From: Octopus vulgaris
Taxonomy: Eukaryota
Assembly (NCBI GenBank): GCA_951406725.2
Contig: OX597814.1
Location: forward strand, 193,316,001-193,380,000
Length of the DNA stretch: 64,000 nt
Direction of reading: 5' to 3'
Part shown: piece by piece, positions 40,830 through 53,878 of the stretch
Numbering within the stretch: position 1 is the stretch's first letter
Layout: each line of letters starts with the position of its first letter
Program-made: the position numbers and the translations under genes
Notes under the pieces: generated by a model
Seen by the model: only the letters and a program-made list of their open reading frames with translations
Told to the model about the DNA's origin: nothing
The model's database searches: none

Positions 40830-41395
40830 TTATTATATAGAAGGAGTTTCAGACTAGTACTGTTTCATTCAAGAGAAATAGAAGATTTAACAAGAATTGT
40901 ATAGCATTTATACATTTAGGCAGGTTTAAAGAGGAGGGGGGTTTTGGGGTACAGGCAAAATATCATACTGGAGTCAGTGGTGTTAGATGAAAGAAAGATA
41001 AAAAAAATAAAAATAAAAAAATAAAAAAATAAAAATAAAATAAAAAATACGTATTATTTTTTTATTTTTTTATTTTATTTTTTTATTTTTTTATTTTTTT
41101 ATTTTTTTATTTTTTATTTATCTATTCTTTCATCTAACTTACCACTGACTCTTGACCACTCCCCAAGTATGATATTTTGCGCTATGCCTACCCCCAAAAG
41201 TCCCCCACCACCACTCCTTTAAACCTGCCTAAATGTATAAATGCTAATACAATTCTTGTTAAATACTTCTGAAGATTTCTCTTGAATGAAACAGCACTAG
41301 TCCTGTAGAAGCTCCTTCTATATAATAAATTAATTTTACTCTGCTATGTATTGAGTACCTTACTTACTGTGGTTAACCCGAATCAACCCGGGACC

Positions 41396-41445
<50 letters not shown>

Positions 41446-41446
<1 letters not shown>

Positions 41447-41946
41447 AACGTCATACCCTCCTTCTTCCATTTTTCCTGAGCGCCTAATAATAATAATACT
41501 TTAATTGTTCCACGTGTTGTTGTTTTTTCTGTTTTCCCGTTTGGATTAACCTTATACCTCTGCGCGCTTACACGGATACCTTGTACTTTGGATACCAATT
41601 CCCGGATTTTTGCACCTACGGATTACTGTTACCATTCTTCCGGACCCACGGTTTACCTGTTACCTTTCTTCCGGTGTACTGCCACTATCGTGATTGGAAA
41701 TCATTATTTAATCTGTCCGTTGACTCTCAAAACTCTTTCCTAACTTTTTTCAATTGTTTTCAAACTGTCTTCACCTTTTTCTTCTTTTTTTTTGTCTTCC
41801 TTTTGCTTCCTTCTCTTATGTTTCCGACGAAGAGCTCCGCTCGAAACGTCATACCCTCCTTCTTCCATTTTTCCTGAGCGCCTAATAATAATAATACTTT
41901 AATTGTTCCACGTGTTGTTGTTTTTTCTGTTTTCCCGTTTGGATTA

Positions 41947-41955
<9 letters not shown>
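41446..41955 (+). mobile_element. Penelope-like pLTR-type remnant with ~110-bp terminal direct repeat
   Basis: AAACGTCATACCC...GGATTAACCTTATA at 41446 and 41844; bounded by (TA)n; CCGACGA-AGAGC-TCC-GCTC-GAAACGTC at 41824-41850. Confidence 0.6.
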
Positions 41956-41993
<38 letters not shown>

Positions 41994-42939
41994 TCAAATT
42001 TATAGAAAAACAAAGATGAAGACAGGTGTAGGAACAACAAGCAATCGTATTAGTTTGACGCTCGGGACAAATGGAAAAGTCTTTTATGTTTCGAGCCTAT
42101 GCTCTTCGTCAGAAAGGAATAAGAGGAAGTAAATAGAGAAGGAAAACAACGAGTTGAGTTCAGTGGTCCAACATGACGAATATATATGTGTGTGTGAGTG
42201 TGTTCTTTTTTTTTATTCTTTTACATGTTTTAGTCATTTGGCTGCGGCCATGCTGGAGCGCCGCCTCGAAAGATTTTTACTGGAACAAAAGGACTTCTAC
42301 TGGACTCTTTTGCCGAATCGCTAAGTTAGGAGGACACCACCAACGCCAATTATCAAGCGGTGATGGTGGGGAACACAACCCCCCGACACACACATGCAAA
42401 TATACGACGGGCTTCTTTCAGTTTCCGTCTATTAAATCCACTCACAATTCTTTGGTCGTTCCGGGTCTATAATAGAAGACATTTGCTCAAGTGTTTCACA
42501 CAGCGGGACTGAACCCGGAACCATGTAGTAGGGACGCAAGCTTCTGGCCACACAGTCACGTCTGCGCCTATACCTAAACTTTACAATAATTACAACAGTT
42601 ACTTGCCAGAGACAGTATCACTGTTTACAAGTAAAAGGCCATGAATATATATTGAATTAGACAGCAAGATATTTGTGTCGTGGAGAGGTGGTAAAATTAT
42701 TAGTTCATGATGAACAAACGATTCATTTTAACCCAGGCTCGAATAACAATCAAGTCACCCGTCTTCCCATTGACTTCTGATGCCTCTCCTCTTTGACTGA
42801 CACGCATCGCGATTTATAGCCAAGTTTTGGCAGGAATTATTCGGCGGAATTTGAACTCAGAACGTAACAGCAGACGAAATACTGCTAAACATTTCGCCCG
42901 GCGTGCTAACGTTTCTACCAGCTCGCTGCCCTAATAATA

Positions 42940-42972
<33 letters not shown>

Positions 42973-43099
42973 GTGGTGATACTACTAATAATAATTTTTG
43001 ACGAAAGGCCAGTAATTTTAGGGAATGTGTGCTGCATTTATTATATAAAATATAATTTATATTTATTATATAATTATATAATTTATTATATAAAATCCG

Positions 43100-43136
<37 letters not shown>

Positions 43137-44226
43137 TTCTAGGATCTTGGGCATCCTCCATCCGATTGCGCTCAAATTTGATATGTAGATACCGACGGCA
43201 TCAGGGCGTGTATAAGTCTTGAAAACATTACAAAAATCTATTCCAGGTGAGAATGCGATCGATAAAGTGAATAAAATCGTTTTTCTTTGGAATAGAAAAA
43301 AAGTCTATATTTATTTCTTTTTTTGCTGGTGTCTCTAATTTAGTTAAATCAGTGTTTCTCAAAGGGGAGGCCTATGGGACGGTCGGACACCTTTTTTGAG
43401 AAAATTTGGTTTCAACGTTTGACAACTCAGCACCGTCCATTGTTCGGGGGCCGTTTTGCTCGTATATTATGATTTACGTTTGCCTGCTTCCGAAATAACT
43501 AAAGATTGAAGTTAAAGTTTTATATTATATATTTAAGAGGATTCTTTCTTCTTTTTTTTTCTCCTCTAGGCACAAGGCCCGACATTTTGGGGGAGGGGGC
43601 CAGTCGATTAGATCGACTCCAGTACGCAACTGGTACTTAATTTATCGATTCCGAAAGGATGATAGGCAAAATCGACCTCGGCGGAATTTGAACTCAGAAC
43701 GTAAAGACAGACGAAATATCGCTAAGCATTTCACCCGGCGTGCTAACGTTTCTGCCAGAGGATTGATAAAGTTCGTTAATTAGTTATTATTAGCCGTGTC
43801 TATGCAACCTCCTACCAGAAGCAAATCAATTCTATAAACGTTTCCCAGCGTAGCTTAGCAAACAAGCTTGTAATGTTCTTTAGAAAAAACGGTGCTTCTT
43901 TAGTTTGCAGTCTACCGCAGTATTCGTAGTCAACACTGTCAAATGATCAGATCTGGGTTAGGAATCAGGGTTAGATTGCACGCTAAAGCGTAAATGACCA
44001 GATAGAACGCACTTTAAAGTAACACCGAACAAATATATCTTTCACTCGAGTCAGTCTGCGGCCATGCTGGGGCATCGCCTTAAATACTCTTAGTCGAAAG
44101 AATCGACCCTAGTACTTGCTTTTTCTCCTTTTTAAGCCTGGTGCTTAGTCTATCGGCATCTTCTGTCGAACCGCTAAGTTTGAGGGCGTAGACACACCAA
44201 TGCCGGTTGTCTAGCTGTGGTGATGG

Positions 44227-44268
<42 letters not shown>

Positions 44269-44561
44269 GCACTCAATGTGCTTCTTTCCGTTTCCGATTA
44301 CCAAATCCACCCACAAGGCTTTGGTCGGCCCGAGGCTTCAGTAGAAGGCAATTACCCAAGGTGTCCCGCAGTGGGACTGAACATGGACCCGTGTGACTGG
44401 GAGGCAAACTTCTCACTGGCTATAACGATTATAAATGATACTCTCTAATACAATATTTTCGTGGACAGAAAAAGGAAGGAATAGTTGTATGTATCGATGG
44501 AATCTTCTGTAACTATTGATTAACACTAATCCTAAATCCACTAATTTTAGGAATGAAAGTA

Positions 44562-45068
44562 CCGTAAATCCTCGACTATAATCCGCATTTCCCCCCCAAA
44601 ATTTAAAGGTCAAAATCCCTAGTGCGTACTGTATACAAGGTTAAAAATTAAAAATATTTTCTAAGCAATGCCCGAGTCTCTATTTGCTGTCAGACGTATT
44701 TTGTGATGTCGGGCGCGAAAATACTTTAAGCTAAGCCTGAAAGCAATGAAGTCATAAAAGAATCATCCAAGACTTGCAGTAAGCAACATTTATTAAAATA
44801 AAAGTATTCAGAACACAGAATAACATGTAACAAAAACAATTTGCAAACATATTTACATTCCCATATAACAGTTAAGAACATCACCATTATTATATTACAC
44901 ATGCGCAGAAGTGTTTGTTCGACTAGGTGCTGCTAGCTTAATTACGCACGACTCAAGTTAGAGAAGGGGTGCGTATTATACACAAGGTTTAGGTTTTTCA
45001 AAGGAACAGCACCCTAAAAATCCCCTGCGTATTATACTCAAGAGCGGACTATACTCAAGGATTTACGG
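44562..45068. mobile_element. pogo/Tigger-like MITE
   Basis: TIR CCGTAAATCCTCGACTATAATCCGC / GCGGACTATACTCAAGGATTTACGG, TA TSD. Confidence 0.8.
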
Positions 45069-45540
45069 TAAACTAGATAAACCAATTTGCATATTTAGCA
45101 CTTATTACTAGTAATTTAATATCTTGTAGTGGTTAAAGGTGTATCGGTATGTGTTACGGTGAACAGATGCGATAGGAATGTGGATACCTTTGAAGTAAAC
45201 AGGTGAATGACATCGTTTCATAGTTAAAATGATTTATTCCCTGGACTTAGTTTGTCGTTGGTACACATAATTCTTCACTACATGTAAATGTTGACAACTG
45301 CTACGAGTTGCTAGAAATAGAAACAGGGTACATCTGTGGATGTGATATGTCGGAACTGAATATGTTTGTGTGTGTTTGTGAGTATGGGTGTGTAGTTCAA
45401 CTGAGAAAGTAGTCTACCGTGAAGCTTCGATCGAACATTTCTCTCGGTCTCTGCAGTCTGCCAAAACCTTCTGTCAGTGTCGCATGCCTTTCTTGTCTGC
45501 CTCCTCGGCCTTTCTGCCTGTCTCTCTGTTGACCACGGTA

Positions 45541-45660
45541 TTTTATAGCCGCCGCGGCAGCTAGAAGGACAGACATACTGCAGCCGAGATTGTACCTAAA
45601 TAGGTCAGCCCCTGTCCATTTGAATATCACCTGACATGGCTGAGGTCGTAGGTCAAAGGG
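45541..45660 (-). promoter_or_regulatory. Candidate minus-strand TATA promoter with nuclear-receptor half-sites
   Basis: GCGGCTATAAAATA in a GC-rich context on minus; AGGTCA at 45602 and AGGTCG-T-AGGTCA-AAGGG at 45643-45660. Confidence 0.35.
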
Positions 45661-45750
45661 GGATGATTTATCATTTTTTTTTTTTTTGACAGGACCGAGA
45701 AAACCTTTTTTTCGCGCCTGTTGATCGTGGTGGCAAACCACGATCCTTAG

Positions 45751-46260
45751 ATTCCTTAAAGAAATATGGAGAAGTTTTCATTATGACGGTCTAATAAGAA
45801 AGAAATATATCCGCAATTGTGTCCCCTACATGTCGACCCAGAGTCCTTAGATTCGGTTTTGAATCTAAGCTTGGAGAAGGAAGTGTTAATTTTTACACCC
45901 TACATTGTATGGAATGGAATTTTTGATGCTGTTGTCAAACCATTTGGTTGTTGTGAAATCACTAAAGAATTTATCATCATGTCTTGATAATACTCCCCAC
46001 ACAGACACACTCAATAACAAAATACTCAGAACTGAAGCCTTACATCTTACACTAAAGCATAATCTTAGCACAGGTAATAAAGGTTGCCTCGAAACTCCAC
46101 TAAGAACTGTTAATGCAATAAGAAAAAGGCAGCATTAGCTCAATGAGTGAATATATTTCTTTAAAAAAATCATTTCGACATGTAAGGGAGACAATTGCGG
46201 ATATATTTCTTTCTTATTAAACCTTTATAGTGAAAATTTCTCCATATTTGTTTAAGAAAT
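45751..46260. mobile_element. Old MITE-like element with ~85-bp imperfect TIRs
   Basis: 45751-45836 is complementary to 46176-46260 (AAGAAAGAAATATATCCGCAATTGT / ACAATTGCGGATATATTTCTTTCTT). Confidence 0.65.
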
Positions 46261-47252
46261 GTTGAGGGAATCACAAGTAGGCATAAAAAATTAGTATATT
46301 TAAAAAATGTAGATTGTAGGTCAATTACTCTTTATCGTGGCATGCTCGGTGAATTCTATGCTTCGTTGAGTAGTTCTCATAAAATAGGAATGTGTTCTAA
46401 GCTGCTTTCCTTGTACGAAATGAGCAAAATAATTTTAATCATTAAGTTGCTGTTGTCTTTCTTTTGCCATATAAATATTTCCGATTAAATTTTGTTCGTT
46501 ACTTTAATAATATATTAGCATTAACTTAATTATTGTTTTTCATGCGAATGGCGCCTCTGAGTACCTAAATCCAGTTAATTCAATTCGCCAGTCAAAAAAA
46601 GAACTGCAACAAAAGGTTATGAACTCTGCTCCTCGTCTTTAAATAAACGAAATAATATCGAAAACTGTGACAGATGTAGTTTTTATCATTGCTAAAAGGA
46701 AAAAAAAGAAGAAAAAATGAGAAAAAAAACTAAATAAAAAGAGAAAAAGTACATGAAAATGCGAAAAGTAAAAAAAAAAAATGAAGAAATAGGGGGAGAG
46801 AAAGATGTAACGAAAGTGTCGAGGCAATGAAGTGGTGGTGGTAGCGGTGGTGATGTTAGGGTGAGAGGATGCTCACACTGTTTTTTCGTCTACATAAAAG
46901 ACTTTTGTAAAATAGTGCTAGGTTACGCTGACCTACTTATCCCCTGCTCCTTGATGCAAGAAAAAACGATAAAAGGTAGACAGGTCTGCCTGCTATATAC
47001 ATATGTGCTCCAATTAATTGCAGTAGACGATGCATCCCAGAACAAATATAATTGGCTCACTTCGACTGCTGTCCGTAACATGAGAAACAGTCTTAATTTA
47101 TTATCTACAGATATTAAATGCAACATGACCTAATACGTATATTTTATCGATTATTAAAATGCCTGGTCAGTTCTAGTCGACTTCAGATTTCTCTCTTCTC
47201 TCGTAAACGTATGTAAGTGTGTATATGTGTGTGTAAGTGTTGTAGCTTTGAG

Positions 47253-47314
<62 letters not shown>

Positions 47315-47808
47315 TATAGTATATTGCTTAGATGAGAAGAGGGACAGTAGCTTCAAGGAAGAACTTCGGTTTACCTGAAGTGGGATATTGAAACTAGATG
47401 TTCATAAAATATAAGAAATATGTCAAATTTAGAATATTGGAATTTGACCTTAACCAATAAAACGAACCCCTTTTTCCCACCTAACTGACGTCAATCAGAT
47501 ATTTTATCCAACACAATTCTTGGAAGATTCTTTATATGACTAAACTCTAGTTCTATTTTTCTTTTTCTTTTTATATGCCATTTTAATAACTACCAGTATA
47601 TGCATATGTATTCTTTTTTTTTTATTCGATATTTCTATTTTGTTCTATAGAACATTACTATTATTTACAATTGGAGTAATAGAGATAATTAAAGAAAACA
47701 ATTATATTGGGTTAAAAAAAAAAAATTTTTTTTCTTTGCCACCCCAAGTTATCTTTGCTTAGAGAAGTCGCTCTTTAGAAAAAAGGAGGCAGATATTGAC
47801 GTTTAAAA

Positions 47809-47997
47809 ATGTCGGATAAAGGTGATGTTGATGAACCGGCGGTGAGTGAAATGTCACCAAGCGAGGACGACAGTTTGATGCTGTGTCAAGAAGACGAAGA
47901 AATGGAGCCTGAGGAAGGAGATGACAGTAGTTCTGAACTGGATTCCGAAGATGACGATGAAGCAGAGAAAGAAAAAATACGTTGTCTCGAAGAGCAA
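47809..47997 (+). CDS. SART3: SART3/Prp24 (U4/U6 recycling factor) coding exon 1, acidic N-terminus
   Basis: MSDKGD...acidic tract...IRCLEEQ then GTAAGT donor; phase 0 joins the next exon. Confidence 0.85.
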
Positions 47998-48565
47998 GTA
48001 AGTAATTTTTTAACAAATCCCTTCTTTCTGTTTCATGTATTTTTTATGTTTTTGTGTTATTTTCTTAATTTAAGTGTTTATTATTATTATCATCATTATT
48101 ATTATTGCTGTTGTTATCGCAGTGTTATTGAGTTTGGAACGGGGTAGATGCCCCAGTTAGTAAGATAACAGAACTAAGAATATCGCAGTTTGTTTTTGTC
48201 CCTCTTATTCCCCTCTTCAAATTCCAGAAGGCTCGCATTTTTCCTCTTCGTGTTCGATGAAATAAATAATTACGAGACATGTTTTAAGGAATCGGTTCAG
48301 TAGACTCTTTATCAACCTTAGAATTGTGTCTTTTTTTTTCTTTAACTTTATCAAAAGAAATATTGAACATATATATATATATATATATCTCCATCCCCTT
48401 GTGTATGTATTATTTATGTAATGTAACGTGTGGTGTTGTGTGTTAATTTTTTTTTTCTGGACAGATTTATTGATAAAAATAATCTATAAGAAGATAATCA
48501 GGTGAGATTACACAACCGAACATACAATGGAATCTTAAGCGTTCTCTTTGAACTGACCAATATAT

Positions 48566-48631
<66 letters not shown>

Positions 48632-50381
48632 TTACCGTTGCTTTTTTTACTGCTTGTCTTCTGTTTTCTGCCTAGCTATATTATATCTATAGCGCAGTTC
48701 TCTAACAGTTGACTACGTTCTTTTCAGAAATCCTACTCTATTTGTTTACTATAGTTACACTATGCAGGCGGTCATCTTTGTTATTGTTATTATTTTCAAA
48801 TTTAAAACGGAAGGATAGCTGGCCGTATATTAATAATTACTATGCATTTATATTTTATTTCAAGACATAGATATAATATATATATATATATATATTTATA
48901 ATCGCAATATAAAGTAAAACGTGGTGAATATAACGAAATGAAAACCCTTGTTTTAGCTTCTTGTGATAGTTCCTCCTCCATATATAAATTTTGTCAACAT
49001 AACATAGAGTTACGTCCCTTGTTAATGTTTTTTTTTTATCATAAATAAAATAAATATAAAAAGCAAGAGAAAGAATTTTATAATTTTGTTTTACACAAAT
49101 TTTGTAACTGATGCCAAGTTCTAAGATGTTCACGAGCTGATCATAACTTTCCCCAGAAGATGCAGATGCACTAACTTTTAAAAACAAGATGCTAAAATTT
49201 CTCTAACTTGTCTTAAACCAAAATAAATGGATAAATTAAAAAACTTGATAAGTTGTTTCTGTTATTGAACTGCGGCCATGCTGGGGCACTAACACTTCTG
49301 AAGGGCGTAACTTCGGTATAGGTACGGGAGTATCAGATACATTTCAAGAAAGTGTTTTTTTAATATATATATGCGGGGGGGGGGGGTGTTAGGGTTAGGG
49401 GGGGGGAGAAAAAGGTTTCTGTTATCTTCAGAAATGTAAACAAAGCCACTTATGGTACCTATATCGAAGGATCGCCCTTCTGAAGACTTAGTCGAACAAT
49501 CCGAGCCCAGCACTTTTTTTCTTTTTTTAAAATCTGGTATTTATTCTACCGTTCCCTTTTGCCCAATCGCTAAGTCATAAGGACAAAAATAAAAAAAAAA
49601 GAACCACTAATTGTCAAGTGGTGACAAATACAAAGACACACAGCGCGCGTGAGTGTATATATAAACTGGTGAACGACCAGGTTATTAGATGTTACACATC
49701 GCTGGTCAAAATGCACGTTGCCTTGTTTTAGTTTTCGGATGATGCCACCTTGCTGGTCAGGCGAGCAGGCCAATGTTCTCCCCTCCTTCCTGATCTGAAG
49801 GCTAGTCCATCACAGGGTGAACCGTTTACAGCTGAGTGGACTGGAGCAACATGTAATGAAGTGTTTTGTTCAAGAACACAATTTGCTGCTTGGCCCGGGA
49901 TTCAAACTCATGATCACTCGATTGGGAGTGCAACATCCTAACCACGAGACCACGTGTCCTCACGTGCACCGTGTGTGTGTGCCTGAGTTCAAATTCCACT
50001 GAGGTCGACTTTGCCTTTCATCCTTTCGGGGTTGATAAATCAAGTGCCAGTTATGCACTGTGGTCGATGTAATCGACTTAATCCCTTTGTCTGTCCGTGT
50101 TTGTCCCCTCTATGTTTAGCCTCTTGTGGGCAATAAAGAAATAAGAAGAGCCTCTGGCCGTAGGAAATGGATCAACAAATTCTGCCTGACCCATGCAGAC
50201 ATGGAAAAGTGGGCATTAAGTGATGAAGAGTATGGAAAAGTGGGCATTAAGTGATGAAGAGTGTTACTCTATTAATACTGGTTATTGCTCTCTTTTGATT
50301 GTAAACAGTAAAGTTGCTTAGGAACCTCATTTTGGTGTTAGATCCTTCTTCATCTTGTGTTTTTTCTGCTTTTTGTAACAG

Positions 50382-50508
50382 ATTCTCAGTTATCCTTATA
50401 CATATGCTCCACATCTGGATTTAATCAGAGCACTGAGACAAGCCGGAGAACTAGAGAGGTTGAGAGCAGCGCGACAGTACATGAGTGAAATATTTCCTTT
50501 AACTGAAG
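50382..50508 (+). CDS. SART3: SART3 coding exon 2
   Basis: AG/GT bounded; ILSYPYTYAPHLDLIRALRQAGELERLRAARQYMSEIFPLTE matches the SART3 MSEIFPLTE motif. Confidence 0.93.
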
Positions 50509-53102
50509 GTAAGTCAGGATTCCAAATGCAAGTCTCTCTTTATTGTTCCTAATAATACAACAATTAAATGCATTGATCTCATGAGTTTTGCAATTCTCAT
50601 TTCCAAAACTGAATTTTTTTTTCATTTCTTCATTTATATACCTTAAGGCGGTGCTTCAGCATGGCCACAGTCAAATGACTGAAACAAGTAAGAGAATACA
50701 TTCTCAAATATTCACAAATGCTGTTCCTCTGTCATACTTTAGCCCAGTGTTTCTCAACCTTTTTGCCCTTGCGTAACCCTTAAAATATGTTACATGTCTT
50801 GAGGAACCCTTACTCTTTTACTCGTTTCAGTCATTTGACTGCGGCCATGCTGGAGCACCGCCTTTAGTCGAGCAAATCGACCCCGGGACTTATTCTTTGT
50901 AAGCCCAGTACTTATTCTATCGGTCTCTTTTGCCGAACCGCTAAGTGATGGGGACGTAAACACACCAGCATCGGTTGTCAAGCAATGCTAAGGGGACAAA
51001 CACAGACACACATACACATACATATATATATATACATATATACGACAGGCTTCTTTCAGTTTCCGTCTACCAAATCCACTCACAAGGCTTTGGTCGGCCC
51101 GGGGCTATAGCAGAAGACCCTTGCCCAAGGTGCCACGCAGTGGGACTGAACCCGGAACCATGTGGTTGGTTAGCAAGCTACTTACCACACAGCCACTCCT
51201 GCGCCTATGTACAAAAAAATTATATACATTATCTTTCTCATAGTTTTTTCATAATCTACGACTACAATTTTTTTCCTTATACTTCATTTATTGTTTTTGC
51301 AAATACTGACTATATATTTTTATATATAGTCTTTGCTTGGACTGTACCAGCGGACTTGGATGTTTGACATCCCATTGAAGGATTTTGGTCCTCACCTGTT
51401 ATATATATTTATGGTTGTCCTATTTTTTGATAACATAATAGTTTAAATAAGATGATGTCTCGATGACTGGCATCCGTGCTTGTGGAGCGCTAAGAGTACC
51501 ATACAAGGGTGATCGTTGCCAGAGCAACAAGCTGTCCTCAATTGTGATTGTTACCTATGTCGCCTTACTGGCACTTGTGCTGGTGGCAGGTGAAAAAACA
51601 TTTGAGTGATGTCGTTGCCAGTGCCACTGGACTGGCTCCTGTGCAAATGGTACATAAAAAGCACCATTTGAGTGTGGCCTTTGTCAGTACTGCCTGACTG
51701 CCTTCGTGCCAGTGGCATATAAAAGCACCCACTACACTCTTGGAGTGGTTGGTGTTAGAAAGGGCATCCAGCTGTATAAACTGCCAAATTAGACTGGAGT
51801 TTGGTGCAGCCATCTGGTTCGCCAGGCCTCAGTCAAATCGTCCAACCCAAGCCAGCATGGAAAGCGGACATTAAATGATGATGATGAGGACCAATAGCAT
51901 TACAAATATAACATTGAATGCGGTCCAACAGAGTTAAACAATCCACAGGAGCACCTGTTTGTATGTGACAACAGTACTCAATGCAGGGGCGAATGGTGGA
52001 CTTATAAAGATAAAGAATAGCCTCAGGAGTGAGGTAACCCCTCAAACGAAGGAGTGAGCCTACCTTCAGTGCAGTCGATTTTGCAATAGATTCAATATTA
52101 TGAGATTTTAATTCAACCCTTTAGCATTCAGATTACTCTGCCAAATATAATGCTTATTTATTAGCATTGTTTTGAATTCATCTCACAGCTTTAAAATTTT
52201 GATAATATTTTTTTAGAATGACATCATAGGGTAGGTGTAAGAGGCTGGATCAGGCTGGTTTTAATAGGTGAAATATTTCCACTGAATATGGCTGGTTTAA
52301 TTGTTAAAGGGTTAAATATGAATAATTTTACAAATCAACTTGCTAGAAATAACAACCAAAACGCCTTCAAATCACACTCTAGTATCTTAACTTATTTGAT
52401 ACCAGCATGTTTGTGACTGCTCCTAGGTTTTTAATATAAACCTCTTTTTTTTTTTTTTTAAGTGATCTAAATCAAAATCCTTCAAAACCCCATTTTAATG
52501 TATGTTCCAAATACCAGAACATCATCATCATCATCTTTTAACATCCATTTTCCATGCTGGCATGGGTTAGACAGTTTGACCAGAGCTGGCAAGCTGGAGA
52601 GCTGTACTAGGTTCCAGTCTGCTTTTGGCTTGGGTTCTACAGCTGGATGTTCTGCCTTATGCCAACCACTTCACTGTGTGCAGGGTGCTTTTAATGTGAC
52701 ACTGGCACAATCCCCTTCAACATGGGGAGTGAACAAAATTATTTTACCAAATTTTTCATGGCTTTCAAAATTAATTGAAAGAAAATCAATGTCTTTCAAA
52801 AGAAATATTGTAACAAAATGGTTAAAAATAGGAATATGATAAATATGGGCCCTAGATACAAGAAAGCAGCTGGCCATGGCTGGAAGGCTTTTGATCAGGG
52901 ACTACACAACAACAGCTGCACTTCACCCTATGCACCCAGGCTATGAGAGAATATGCTGCATGGTTCCAAGTAACAAGTGCTGGATGCATGAATCTTGCTC
53001 TTTGACTTCTGTGTCTCTGTCATATGTTCTCTGAGTAGAGTTTATCCATGCTGAGTTTATTGTACTACATTTCTTAATTCTGTGTTCTTTGTTTCTTTTC
53101 AG

Positions 53103-53204
53103 AATTATGGCTGGAATGGTTGAAAGATGAAGTATCTCTAGCAACAGAAGACGATCGTGAAAGGATTGAAAAGCTTTTTGACAAAGCTGTTTCTGATTAC
53201 CTTG
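53103..53204 (+). CDS. SART3: SART3 coding exon 3 (HAT repeat)
   Basis: ELWLEWLKDEVSLATEDDRERIEKLFDKAVSDYL; phases consistent. Confidence 0.93.
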
Positions 53205-53693
53205 GTACTTGTTTTATCTATATCTCTTTCTTCCTTTACTCAACCATCTCATCTATGCCTAGCTCTTTGCCAAGTGTGCTAACGATTTTACCACTTCACC
53301 ACCTTCTTTTCATTACCTATACTGTGCCCACCACCACCCTTCTAGACCCTGCACTAGTCACTACACCCAGTCCTTCCTCCTCGCAATACTGACCTTCTGA
53401 AAATTCCTCTCTACACGTTTCTCCTACTGCCGTAAACTCGCAAATGTTTAATATTAACCACATCAATTTTTACCTGTCTTGGAGGGTCTACAAAGGCTCC
53501 CTTTGGAGCAAGTTGTCCCTTCCTCCAAGCCAAACCAGTAAAAGATAAAACCTAGTTTTGCCCCTAAGCATTACCTAGATCTTATTAAAATCGTCCTTTC
53601 TTAATTCACAATCAGTTAAAGTATTTTATTGTTGTCGTTATTGTTTTCTTCTTGACTAAATCTTTTCTATTGCTTTTATTTGCTCATATTTAG

Positions 53694-53878
53694 CTGTTGA
53701 TGTCTGGCTAGAATATGTCCAGTATGCCATTGGAGGAATGGGATCACCGAATGGTATTTCTCATGTAAGAGCTATTTTTGATCGAGCTGTCACTGAAGTT
53801 GGACTTCATGTTGTCAAAGGCGCCAACATATGGGATGCTTACAGAGAGTTTGAAAATGCTATTCTGGCTGGTCTTGAG
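53694..53878 (+). CDS. SART3: SART3 coding exon 4
   Basis: VWLEYVQYAIGG...FDRAVTEVGLHVVKGANIWDAYREFE. Confidence 0.95.

Noticed and set aside
43955-43975. Telomerase RNA template-like CTAACCCT on minus
   Set aside because: Too short and imperfect; no supporting structure seen
45339-45690. 7SK or RNase P/MRP RNA
   Set aside because: GGATGTG start, GTCCATTTG and a T-run are present, but there is no closing CACATCC, no paired GATC motifs and no convincing P4 helix
51890-52090. LYLYKSTIRPCIEYCCHI ORF as a nested gene
   Set aside because: Matches a LINE RT C-terminal remnant, not a host gene
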